Source: Armatimonadota bacterium
GTDB taxonomy: Bacteria; Sysuimicrobiota; Sysuimicrobiia; Sysuimicrobiales; Humicultoraceae
Reading direction: 5' to 3'
Assembly: GCA_052386995.1 (NCBI GenBank)
Contig: JBQTJP010000181.1
Location: 1 to 27,242, forward strand
Length of the DNA: 27,242 nt
How positions within the stretch are numbered: the first letter of the stretch is position 1; the number at the start of each line of letters is the position of its first letter. Of this stretch, positions 1 through 7,879 are shown one piece after another. The translations under genes and the position numbers were made by a program. The notes beneath the pieces were generated by a model that had not been told where the DNA came from, searched no databases, and saw only the letters and a program-made list of their open reading frames with translations.

Positions 1-429
1 GCGATCACCAGGTTGGTCGACATGGGGATCGAGCCCTTCCTGATCAGCTCATCGCTGATCGGGGTGCTGGCGCAGCGCCTGGCCCGCGTGATCTGCACCA
101 AATGCAAGGTGGCCTACTCGCCTCCACCCGAGGCGTTGGGGCGCCTGGGCGCAGCGGCCCACGCCCACGAGGAGGTCGTCTTCTACCGCGGGCAGGGATG
201 CGAACACTGTCGTGGGGGCGGCTACAAAGGCCGCGTCGGCATCTTCGAGCTCATGGTGCTCAGCGACCCCATCCGCGACCTCATCGTCCACCGGGCCCCG
301 GCGAACGAGATCAAGGCCCTGGCGATTCGCGAAGGCATGCGCACACTACGAGACGACGGGCTCGAAAAGGTCATCACCGGCGTCTCGACGATCGATGAGA
401 TCCTGCGCGTGGTCTACGTCCAAGAGTGA
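1..429 (+). CDS. PilB/GspE-family type IV pilus / type II secretion assembly ATPase, C-terminal part (5' truncated by window edge)
   Basis: [79 protein letters not shown]: tetra-Cys zinc site and C-terminal signature of PilB/GspE. Confidence 0.93.
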   Translation, partial: AITRLVDMGIEPFLISSSLIGVLAQRLARVICTKCKVAYSPPPEALGRLGAAAHAHEEVVFYRGQGCEHCRGGGYKGRVGIFELMVLSDPIRDLIVHRAPANEIKALAIREGMRTLRDDGLEKVITGVSTIDEILRVVYVQE

Positions 430-484
430 CCGGGACGCTCCCGGCCTGGCTCACCCCTAGCTGGTGGCGCCCCAGAGAAATGCC

Positions 485-509
485 GCAGGAGCCGCGTCGC
501 GGCTCCTGC
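485..509 (-). terminator. Hairpin between convergent genes, probable intrinsic terminator
   Basis: Perfect inverted repeat GCAGGAGCCGCG-T-CGCGGCTCCTGC; followed on the minus strand by GGCATTTCTCT. Confidence 0.6.
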
Positions 510-581
510 CCGGATTCCCCACTATATAAGGAAGACGAAGAGAAGCGGTCGGTCCTCTGCGCCCGCTAGACGAGGCTCCCG

Positions 582-938
582 CTACACCAGCGCCGCGGCG
601 AGCTGGCTGTTGCGGCGCATCTCCAGACGGATGCGCCCAAGGTTCGCTTCGCGGCCGCCAACCACGACCAGCATGGCGTCGGGCCCGGCCGGTCCGATGC
701 AGACCGGCCCGTCGTCGTACTCTAGAAGAAGATTCCGCATCGTGCCACGGACCATTTCCCGACCCATCGAGTCGGCGGCGGCGATATTGCTGGCGACAAT
801 CGCTCCAACCGCTTCCAGGTCCACCGATTCCTCGCTGGCCATGCCTTCGACGACGAAGCCGTCCCGGCCCACCACCAGCACAGCGACCACGCCCTCGACT
901 TTGGCGAGATCAGTCAGCACGTCTTTCAGCTGCGACAT
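582..938 (-). CDS. Roadblock/LC7 domain protein (MglB-like)
   Basis: 118 aa, LTDLAKVEGVVAVLVVGRDGFVVE..ANLGRIRLEMRR roadblock pattern; SD GGGAGGGAG upstream, 15 nt after the sigma gene stop. Confidence 0.88.
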   Translation of the reverse strand: MSQLKDVLTDLAKVEGVVAVLVVGRDGFVVEGMASEESVDLEAVGAIVASNIAAADSMGREMVRGTMRNLLLEYDDGPVCIGPAGPDAMLVVVGGREANLGRIRLEMRRNSQLAAALV

Positions 939-953
939 CCCACTCCCTCCCTA

Positions 954-1766
954 CTACAGAGTCCCCGTATGCGGTGTGCCCATGACGCCCCGCAGCTTTG
1001 CGAGGGCCGACGCCAGCACGCGTGAGACGTGCTTCTGAGAGATCCCGATGCGTTTGGCGGCTTCCGTCTGGGTTAGGTCGGTGTAGAAGAGGTAGTATAG
1101 CACCTTGCGTTGCAGGCTGTTGAGCGATTCCATCGCTTCGACGAGCATCACGCGGTCTTCGATGGGGAGTTGGAAGCTGATGTGCGACCGGTGGCGGATG
1201 CGGTCGCGGTCCACGCGCAGGTCGCCGCCCTCCTCATCGGTCTCGAGGGAAATCGTCCGGAGCATCTCCCGTGTGCGAAGGACTTCGAGAAGACCGTCCT
1301 CTTCGAGGTTCAGCTCCTCGGCCAGCTCCTCCAGGCCAGGGAACCTTCCGGACTCGCTCACGTACTTGCCGACGGTATCCTCGATCCGCGAGTTCAGTTT
1401 CTGGAGCCACCGGGGCTTGCGGATCGTGTCGCGCTGATCGCGAAGATAGTGCCGGATCTCGCCGCGGATCAGATAACTGGCATACGTGGCAAATTTGGCC
1501 CCCCGCCCCGGATCGAAGGCCGCGATCCCGTTGAGAAGACCGATGTAGCCGACTTGAACGAGATCGTCGGAGGGGACCCCGGAGAAGATAAACTCGGATG
1601 CGATCCGCCGGACCAGCGGCGTGCACGCCACGACCACGCGATCGCGAATCGCGGGGCTGTGACTGTTGACATAGTCGGCCATGAGGACGTCTTCGTCTTC
1701 GTGCTGGGGGGCCGGACGGGTGACCTGCTCGCTCCGTGCTGGTGCGCGCGTGCTGCGGACGACCAT
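954..1766 (-). CDS. Alternative sigma-70 factor, SigB/SigF/SigG-like (group 3)
   Basis: Region 2 DDLVQVGYIGLLNGIAAFDPGRGAKFATYA..IRGEIRHYLRD..IRKPR; region 4 LTQTEAAKRIGISQKHVSR. Start moved to ATG 1766 because SD AGGAGGT precedes it and the longer ORF overlaps the riboswitch. Confidence 0.92.
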   Translation of the reverse strand: MVVRSTRAPARSEQVTRPAPQHEDEDVLMADYVNSHSPAIRDRVVVACTPLVRRIASEFIFSGVPSDDLVQVGYIGLLNGIAAFDPGRGAKFATYASYLIRGEIRHYLRDQRDTIRKPRWLQKLNSRIEDTVGKYVSESGRFPGLEELAEELNLEEDGLLEVLRTREMLRTISLETDEEGGDLRVDRDRIRHRSHISFQLPIEDRVMLVEAMESLNSLQRKVLYYLFYTDLTQTEAAKRIGISQKHVSRVLASALAKLRGVMGTPHTGTL

Positions 1767-1790
1767 CGCGTACCTCCTATGAGGACGGAT

Positions 1791-1826
1791 AAAAACGAAT
1801 CCCCTCGAGCCGCCCTCGGGGGGATT
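1791..1826 (-). terminator. Intrinsic terminator, expression platform of the riboswitch upstream of the sigma gene
   Basis: Minus strand AATCCCCCCGAG-GGCGG-CTCGAGGGGATT-CGTTTTT. Confidence 0.75.
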
Positions 1827-1833
1827 AAATGAA

Positions 1834-1918
1834 GTCCCTTCGGCAGCCCGGCCGACCACGTCCACGGTCCCGAGGCTTTGCGCCCCCACCTCACAGTGGG
1901 TTTGCCATTTTCGGGGAG
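1834..1918 (-). ncRNA. c-di-GMP-I (GEMM) riboswitch aptamer #1
   Basis: Minus strand AAATGGCAAACCCACT-GTGA-GGTGGGGGCGCAAAGCCTCGGGACC..GGTCGGCCGGGCTGCCGAA: GGCAAACC, GNRA loop, CGCAAAGCC and GCCGGGYTGCCGA hallmarks of class I c-di-GMP aptamers. Confidence 0.92.
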
Positions 1919-1957
1919 TTCCTATGAAGTTTGTCGCCTGATGACTCAGGCGGGTTT

Positions 1958-1986
1958 AGTCTAGACCATCCAGAACATTAGTGCAA
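1958..1986 (-). promoter_or_regulatory. Sigma70-type promoter for the riboswitch-sigma-roadblock transcript
   Basis: TTGCAC (1986-1981) - 17 nt - TAGACT (1963-1958); predicted start ~1951 at a CGCCTGA/TCAGGCG hairpin. Confidence 0.65.
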
Positions 1987-2003
1987 GGTTCCGCGATGAA
2001 ATT

Positions 2004-2029
2004 GTACCCACGACCGGAAGAGTCTAGAC
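2004..2029 (-). promoter_or_regulatory. Putative SigB/SigF-type promoter
   Basis: GTCTAG-N14-GGGTAC; resembles the B. subtilis SigB consensus GTTTAA-N14-GGGTAT and recurs at 6845-6870. Confidence 0.45.
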
Positions 2030-2086
2030 GTATCACCCGCGGGCACGTGCCCCGGCGGGCGAGCCCCGCGGGCTCTCTGCCCGCGG

Positions 2087-2950
2087 CTACCCCGGCGTGG
2101 ACGCACCCGTCGCCGGACGGACCCGGCTCACGTACCGGAAGACGAGCCGGTGGGTTGTGAGGATCTCGATCACCGCGACAACCGCGCCCGGCGCAAGGCC
2201 CGTTGCCGCCGCGATCTGCGAGAGCGTGTGCGCGCCATCCAGCAGAGCGATGAGGTTCGTGCGAGCATCGCCCGCGGCTTCCGTGATCTGGGCGGACACA
2301 TCGGCCGGCAGCCGGTCGGTGCCGCCCCGCGCGAGAACGAACCGCGCGTCGGATGTAAACCGACCGAACGTGCCTGGCGGCGCAGCGACGCCGTCGGCGG
2401 TCGCGCCGGTCGATATCGGCGCGGGCTCCGCGCGGGCCGGCTCCGGTTCAGCAGGGGCGGGCGGAAGTTGGGCGCGCACAGGCTCTGGTGCGGAGGGCGC
2501 AGGCGCGCTCACTTTGCCGAGGCCAATGACGATCCATCCATCGGCACCGGTAAGGACTTCATCGATGGGCTCGTGACGGGGCTCGACGACCGTCACCTGA
2601 CTCGCTGAGAGGACCAGCGCAGCCGGCGCGCGGCCGAGCACGAACAGCATGGCATCGGTCGCATCGGCCTGCAGTCGCGCCACGAGGCGATCGAGATGGA
2701 CGAAATCGGTGTGAATGCTGGACCCGACCAGATGGAGCGACGTGGCCACCTGGTCCGCGAGCGCCTCGGGCAGCGCCAGGTGAACCATCTCCGCACCGCT
2801 CGGCGGGCCACCGGGGAGAACGTCGCGCGCCGGACCGATACGCCAGCCGCCGAGCCCAAACACCGCGGCGGTGCCTGATGCCGGGCCCTCGACTACCGCG
2901 GCGAGCCCCCCTGGCCAGGCATAGTGCGTGATCCCCGTGCGGGCCGCCAC
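2087..2950 (-). CDS. Hypothetical protein; possible degenerate DUF4388/PATAN-like domain, Pro/Ala linker, C-terminal winged-helix-like segment
   Basis: Starts 3 nt after upstream stop, with SD GGAGG; IHTDFVHLDRLVARL motif; C-terminal LIALLDGAHTLSQIAAATGL..VVAVIEILTTHRLV. Confidence 0.65.
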   Translation of the reverse strand: MAARTGITHYAWPGGLAAVVEGPASGTAAVFGLGGWRIGPARDVLPGGPPSGAEMVHLALPEALADQVATSLHLVGSSIHTDFVHLDRLVARLQADATDAMLFVLGRAPAALVLSASQVTVVEPRHEPIDEVLTGADGWIVIGLGKVSAPAPSAPEPVRAQLPPAPAEPEPARAEPAPISTGATADGVAAPPGTFGRFTSDARFVLARGGTDRLPADVSAQITEAAGDARTNLIALLDGAHTLSQIAAATGLAPGAVVAVIEILTTHRLVFRYVSRVRPATGASTPG

Positions 2951-2953
2951 GAC

Positions 2954-3730
2954 CTAGACCTCCTCCTGAACCATCCGCTGCCAAAAACCGCCCAACGCCA
3001 GCAGCATAAAGCCCGCGACCCAGAGCGCGTTGATGCTGTGGACTTCGGAGTAGAGGCCGTAGGAGGTCAGCATCGCGTGTCCGAGGCTCGCCAGAGCCAG
3101 ACACAGCGCCCCCAGCGCGACGGCCAGCCACACATACGCGGACGTTCCGCCGCGGAATCCGACGGCGGGAGCCAGTCCGGCCGGTATGAAGAAGACCGCG
3201 GCCGACGGATAGAATGCCGCGAGCGCTTTCTCGACGGTCGAGGTCGAGCTCTGGACGATCGGTTCGACGACCATGATAAACCCCGCCACCAACCCGGCGA
3301 CGCCCAGCGCCAGCAATCCCAGACGGACGGGTCGATCGATCATTGGCCCGACGAGCCGGACTTCCATGAGGAGGGCAATGCCGAGGAGTATATAGAAGAG
3401 CACGAAGAAACCGTCGGCCACCGACGGCGACTGGCTGATGATACCTCCCCACCATTGGTCGGCGGCGAACACCATTCGTCCGGCCGCCCAGGACAGCGCG
3501 GCCAGAGCCCCTGTTGACCACACGAGCCGCTCGCGATCGCCCGATGCGTACGCCCGGGCCGCGACCAGGCAGCCGAGGGTCGCGACGAGCGGTGCGAAGA
3601 TCATCACTCCGGTGCTGACGAGATGCCTGACGAGCCGGATCTGGTGGCCTCCGCCTTCGAATCCATAGGCATAGGTGGAGGCCGCAACGACGAGACCCAC
3701 GATGATCATGGGACGGCGCAGCCGCGTCAT
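2954..3730 (-). CDS. Polytopic membrane protein (~7-8 TM), resembles membrane sensor modules found N-terminal to GGDEF/histidine kinase domains
   Basis: Repeated hydrophobic segments with ERLVW..W and PSVADGFFVLFY motifs; ATG 3730 overlaps upstream TGA (ATGA). Confidence 0.75.
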   Translation of the reverse strand: MTRLRRPMIIVGLVVAASTYAYGFEGGGHQIRLVRHLVSTGVMIFAPLVATLGCLVAARAYASGDRERLVWSTGALAALSWAAGRMVFAADQWWGGIISQSPSVADGFFVLFYILLGIALLMEVRLVGPMIDRPVRLGLLALGVAGLVAGFIMVVEPIVQSSTSTVEKALAAFYPSAAVFFIPAGLAPAVGFRGGTSAYVWLAVALGALCLALASLGHAMLTSYGLYSEVHSINALWVAGFMLLALGGFWQRMVQEEV

Positions 3731-4479
3731 GCGCCGGTCTCCCTTGTCCGGCCCGTGACGTGCCGCTCCGCCGCCGCGATGGTGCGGTCGACGAATGCCC
3801 GGCCGGCGATCGCGACGACCGGTCCGCACGCCGTTTCGACGACAATCCGCCAGGTGGATCGCGCCAGCGGAGGCGCGACGATGCGGCCGCCGGCGACGCG
3901 TCCGCCGTACGGGGCCAGCGCGCTCCCCACGGCATTCATGAAGCGGGCCGCCAGGCGCGGCCCGCGGTGACGCGCAACTCGTTCGGCAACCTCCTCCAGG
4001 ATCGCCGGCCAGGGAAGCGGTGACGGATCCTCCTCCGGTGGGATCTGCGAGACGTCTCCGGGTGGCTGCATCGCGGAGACGGCGGCGTGTGACGCGGCAC
4101 GCGATTCCACGGCCGCCGGTCGCGCGGGCTCTCGTGGGGGCTCGGGGACCGGAGCCGGCATGGCCGGCGCCGGCGGGGAGCCGGGATGGACACTGACCGC
4201 GCCGCCTTTCGTCGCGATCTGCCGGACGATGTCACGTCCCGGCTCGCCCTGCAGCACGGCTTCGATCCCGCCCGCTTCGAAGATCCACGCTTCCCGCGGC
4301 GCGCCGTCGTAGACCCACAGGAGACCCTCCACGCCGGTGCCGGCGATATGCACACCGCCGTCGAACCCGCGGGCGACGAGATGGGCGACCAGACGGTCCA
4401 GGTCGACCACGTCGACCGGCAGATTGGCGACGAGCGCCGGACCGGCGCGGAGAGCTTCGAGGGCAGCGCGCCGTGACAC
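3727..4479 (-). CDS. Hypothetical protein with DUF4388/PATAN-like N-terminal region and Pro-rich linker
   Basis: LDRLVAHLVARGFDGGVHIAGTGVEGLLWVYDGAPREAW resembles the L..L....(F/T)G.L....G.I.F..G....A pattern; tight operon spacing. Confidence 0.65.
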   Translation of the reverse strand: MSRRAALEALRAGPALVANLPVDVVDLDRLVAHLVARGFDGGVHIAGTGVEGLLWVYDGAPREAWIFEAGGIEAVLQGEPGRDIVRQIATKGGAVSVHPGSPPAPAMPAPVPEPPREPARPAAVESRAASHAAVSAMQPPGDVSQIPPEEDPSPLPWPAILEEVAERVARHRGPRLAARFMNAVGSALAPYGGRVAGGRIVAPPLARSTWRIVVETACGPVVAIAGRAFVDRTIAAAERHVTGRTRETGA

Positions 4480-4485
4480 CCGCGC

Positions 4486-5454
4486 TTACCGAATCCCGCG
4501 CTCCCGGTAATACCGCAGCGCGCCGGCGTGCATGGTGATCGGCATCCCGCGGCGGGCGGAGCTGGTCGCGATGTCGCGCCCGCGCGCGTGAGCCGTACGC
4601 AGGCGGTCGAGGTTGTCCCAGAGGGCCACGATCAGTGAGTAGACGAGATTCTCATCGACGTCCTGGCGCGTAACGAGCATCGCCATCACCGCGACGGTGT
4701 CGACCGCCTCGGCCTGTCCGCGATAGGTGTTGGCCGGAATCGTCACCGCCGTGTAGTAAGGGTATTGCTCTCGCAAGGCGTCGGCGATGTCACGTGAGAC
4801 CGGGATGATCTTCAGGTCACGGTTGGCGGCGATGTCCTGCACCGCCGCGGTCGGGTACCCTGCGGTGATGAACGCCGCGTCGACGACGCCGTCCTTGAGC
4901 TGATCCGCGGCCTCCGCGAAATTCAGGAAGTCCGGGCGCGTATTGTAGTAGCCGAGCTCATAGGCCCGGAGGATCTGCCGCGCATTGACCTCGGTGCCGC
5001 TGCCCGGCGCGCCGACCGCGATGCGCTTGCCCTTCAGGTCGGCGATGCTAGTGATGTTTTTCGTCCGCAGCGTCACAACCTGAATCGTCTCGGGGTAGAG
5101 CATCGCCATTCCCCGCAGCGCCGCAAAGGGCTGGGCCTTGTTGGCGACCCGATCCATGAACATCTCCGTGCCGTGAAACGCGTAGTAGGCTGTGTCGTTC
5201 TGTACCATGGCGATGGCGACATCGCCGCGCTGGAGCAGCCGGAGGTTGACCAGCGACGCTCCGGAGGTCTGCGCCGTCGCCTGAACGTTGGGCACCTTGC
5301 CGGTCCAGACTTCGGCCAGCGCGGCGCCAAGCGGGAAGTACACGCCTGCCGTCCCCCCGGTCGCGATCGAGAGGAACACTCGCTGCTGGGCGGACGCGGG
5401 CCAGGGCCCGATGCTCACCGCGGCGAGAACGATCAGCACAAGTGCGCGTCGCAT
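4486..5454 (-). CDS. TAXI-family TRAP transporter solute-binding protein
   Basis: Signal peptide, SIATGGTAGVYFPLG, TSGASLVNL, IADLKGKRIAVGAPGSGTE, HAGALRYYRE. Confidence 0.93.
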   Translation of the reverse strand: MRRALVLIVLAAVSIGPWPASAQQRVFLSIATGGTAGVYFPLGAALAEVWTGKVPNVQATAQTSGASLVNLRLLQRGDVAIAMVQNDTAYYAFHGTEMFMDRVANKAQPFAALRGMAMLYPETIQVVTLRTKNITSIADLKGKRIAVGAPGSGTEVNARQILRAYELGYYNTRPDFLNFAEAADQLKDGVVDAAFITAGYPTAAVQDIAANRDLKIIPVSRDIADALREQYPYYTAVTIPANTYRGQAEAVDTVAVMAMLVTRQDVDENLVYSLIVALWDNLDRLRTAHARGRDIATSSARRGMPITMHAGALRYYRERGIR

Positions 5455-5474
5455 ATCTCTCTCCTCCTCGGCGC

Positions 5475-6599
5475 CTAGCGCCTGACGAGCTCGAACCGAC
5501 CTGCCTGCACCTGCACGATCGCCACCGATCGGTCTGGGGCTCCCCAGCGATCGAACGTGATCTCACCCGTGACTCCCGGGAAGCGCCGGAGCCCGCGCAG
5601 CGATTCCTGAATCGTCGCCGGGTCGCGGCCCCCGCGGCGGACCGCCGCGACGATCAACTTGACGGCGTCGTACGCCTGGGCGGCGTATTGATCCGGCGGC
5701 TCGTTGAAGCGTTTCCGGTACGCGCTCACGAACTTCTGGATCGCGGGCAGTCGCTCGGTCGCGATAAACCCCGCCGGGAGATGCAGCTCATTGGCTGCCT
5801 CTTTGGCCAGATAGATCAGATCGGGCGAATAGAGGGCATCCGAGCCGATCAAGAGGACCCGCACACCCCGGGCGCGCAGCGCCGCGAGGATCGGCGCGCC
5901 TTCATCGGGATACCCGGCGATGAACACCGCATCGGCGCCGTCGGCGACCACGCCGGTGGCGTGGCGCTCGAAGGCGGACTCACCGTCACGGTAGTAGCGG
6001 GTGCCGACGACTTCACCGCCCAACGCATGGATGCGCTGCGAGAACGCCAGCGCGACCAGGGTGCCGTACTCGTTGCCGTCCTGAATGATGCTGATGCGCC
6101 GGGCCCGCTTGATCCGCACGACGAACTCGGCCAGCGCCCGCGCCTGCGACTCGGCAGACAGAGCGGTCCGGAAGAACGAGGACCCGGCGTAGGGGATCGT
6201 GCCTGTCGCCCCGGGGCTGATCACCACGACCTTGGCGCGCTCGGCGATGGGAGCGACCGCGATCGCGGTGGCATCGGTGAGTGGGCCGACGACGGCGACG
6301 GCCCTCTGCGCCACGAGCTGCTCGAAATGCTTGGCGGCTTCCTCCGCGCTGCCGCGATCATCCAGTGTGACCAGGGAAAGCGACGCGCCGCCGATGCCGC
6401 CGGCGGCGTTCACTTCCTCCGCGGCCAGCGTCGCCCCCTGTACCGCCGCGCGGGCCGCGGCCGGAACTCCACTGTTGAGCGGGGCGAGGACCCCGATGGA
6501 CACCGCGTCCTGCGCGCGAATCGCTCGGCTTCCACAACCCGTCACGCCGAGCGCGATCGCCACTGTCAGGCCGATGCCGATCGTCGCCCTCACGCTCAC
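5475..6599 (-). CDS. LivK/LivJ-like (periplasmic binding protein type 1) lipoprotein
   Basis: Lipobox-like VTGC, IGVLAPL, GATLAAEEVNAAGGIGG, AAQAYDAV, FPGVTGEITFDRWG. Start uncertain; GTG ~6599 chosen because longer starts run into the terminator and riboswitch. Confidence 0.88.
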   Translation of the reverse strand: MSVRATIGIGLTVAIALGVTGCGSRAIRAQDAVSIGVLAPLNSGVPAAARAAVQGATLAAEEVNAAGGIGGASLSLVTLDDRGSAEEAAKHFEQLVAQRAVAVVGPLTDATAIAVAPIAERAKVVVISPGATGTIPYAGSSFFRTALSAESQARALAEFVVRIKRARRISIIQDGNEYGTLVALAFSQRIHALGGEVVGTRYYRDGESAFERHATGVVADGADAVFIAGYPDEGAPILAALRARGVRVLLIGSDALYSPDLIYLAKEAANELHLPAGFIATERLPAIQKFVSAYRKRFNEPPDQYAAQAYDAVKLIVAAVRRGGRDPATIQESLRGLRRFPGVTGEITFDRWGAPDRSVAIVQVQAGRFELVRR

Positions 6600-6612
6600 C
6601 ACCGCCCACCTG

Positions 6613-6662
6613 AGAAACGACATGCCTTCCGGCCATGGCCAATCCCGAGGCCGAAAGGCATG
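6613..6662 (-). terminator. Terminator-like hairpin, expression platform of riboswitch #2
   Basis: Minus strand CATGCCTTTCGGCC..GGCCGGAAGGCATG-TCGTTTCT; U tract is weak. Confidence 0.65.
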
Positions 6663-6668
6663 ATCGAG

Positions 6669-6771
6669 TGCCACTTCGGCAACCCGGCTGGCCGCGCGAT
6701 CCACACATGCGGGTCACGCGCCCCCGTGGCTTTGCGCCCCCGCCTTGCGGCGGGTTTGCCCGTTCGGAGGC
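6669..6771 (-). ncRNA. c-di-GMP-I (GEMM) riboswitch aptamer #2
   Basis: Minus strand CGAACGGGCAAACCCGCC-GCAA-GGCGGGGGCGCAAAGCCACGGG..(extended P3)..CAGCCGGGTTGCCGAA. Confidence 0.93.
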
Positions 6772-6844
6772 TCCTCTCCCATACGCCGCCGACGCCCCGA
6801 AAGGTTGCTGCGGGGCGGGCGGTCCACCGCTGCTTACTTCTACT

Positions 6845-6870
6845 CTGCCCGGGGGCGGCTTCGCCTAGAC
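6845..6870 (-). promoter_or_regulatory. Putative SigB/SigF-type promoter
   Basis: GTCTAG-N14-GGGCAG, same arrangement as 2004-2029, about 75 nt upstream of the aptamer. Confidence 0.45.
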
Positions 6871-6885
6871 CTCCGGTGACTCTCC

Positions 6886-6909
6886 AAAAGCCGGCGCGGG
6901 AGTTCCGGC
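6886..6909 (-). terminator. Weak terminator after the lytic transglycosylase gene
   Basis: GCCGG-N10-CCGGC-TTTT; only a 5-bp stem. Confidence 0.35.
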
Positions 6910-6925
6910 ATGTTTCCCTGTGCTC

Positions 6926-7879
6926 CTAGAGCGAGAGCAGCCGCCGATAGAGGTTGGAGACGTTGTAGACATACCAACGGGTCTCGTCATATGGCGGGAT
7001 GCCCTCGTATCGCTCTACGGCGCCACGCCCGGCGTTGTACGCGGCCAGCGCCAGGTGCACGTTATTCCAGCCAAAACGATCGAGGTTCCCACGCAGATAT
7101 CGAATCGTGCCGTACAGATTCTGTGCGGGGTCGTATGGATCGACTCCCAGAGACCGTGCGGTCGCCGGCATCAGTTGTCCGAGCCCCAGCGCGCCCGCGC
7201 GCGAGCGCGCCCTCGGCTGGAAGCCCGATTCCACCACGATCAGGGCCACGACCAATCGAGGATCGAGATTGTACCACCGGCTGAACGTGAGCAGTGACTG
7301 CGCGATCGCGTCGGCCTCTTCCGGCCGCAGACGCGGATTGTAGTGACGCGCGAGGTCACTGTATCCCTTCATGGTCACCGCCCAGGTCTGCGCGGTCTGC
7401 CCCTTCGCCTCCTGGTCTGCGGGCAGCGTTGGCGCCGGCTGCAGCGCCCTCAGCGCCTGATCAGCCAGCTGGCGCACGTACGCGTTGTTCGAGATGAGCC
7501 GCACGTGTTCAAATGCCGCGCGGGCTTCCGCGATCTGGCCAAGCCGCAGGAGCAGGTGTGCGCGCCAGATCTGTATCTTGGCGTCCCGCGGCGCGAGCCG
7601 CGCCGCGGATTCAAATGCCGTGGATGCCCCGCTGTGATTGCCCTGATGATAGCGCACGACCCCCAGCCACACCCATCCGTGCGGATCCCTCGGCGTCTCG
7701 CGGGTGATCCGCGCGAAAATCACTTCGGCTTCGCGCACGCGCCCCGCGGCAAATTTGGCCGCCCCGTCGCGCAATCCCGCGGCGGGAGCGGACGCGCGAA
7801 TCGAAGCCGCGTGCGCGGGCGCCGCGACGAGGACGATCGAGACGATGATCGCGCTGGCCAGGCGCGCGGGAAGGGTCAC
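6926..7879 (-). CDS. Secreted TPR-repeat + SLT-domain lytic transglycosylase
   Basis: Signal peptide ending AHA; TPR-like [24 protein letters not shown] motifs [30 protein letters not shown]. Confidence 0.9.
   Translation of the reverse strand: MTLPARLASAIIVSIVLVAAPAHAASIRASAPAAGLRDGAAKFAAGRVREAEVIFARITRETPRDPHGWVWLGVVRYHQGNHSGASTAFESAARLAPRDAKIQIWRAHLLLRLGQIAEARAAFEHVRLISNNAYVRQLADQALRALQPAPTLPADQEAKGQTAQTWAVTMKGYSDLARHYNPRLRPEEADAIAQSLLTFSRWYNLDPRLVVALIVVESGFQPRARSRAGALGLGQLMPATARSLGVDPYDPAQNLYGTIRYLRGNLDRFGWNNVHLALAAYNAGRGAVERYEGIPPYDETRWYVYNVSNLYRRLLSL

Noticed and set aside
1767..1889. N-terminal extension of the sigma ORF in the ORF track
   Set aside because: Overlaps the aptamer and terminator; a strong SD supports ATG 1766
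1834..1918. Possible 3'3'-cGAMP-selective (GEMM-Ib) variants for either aptamer
   Set aside because: Both have G, not A, at the position equivalent to G20
2559..3935. 458-aa alternative-frame minus ORF
   Set aside because: Arg/Gly-rich off-frame overlap of three better-supported genes
5442..6929. 495-aa plus-strand ORF
   Set aside because: Antisense to the binding-protein gene and riboswitch; low-complexity Arg-rich translation
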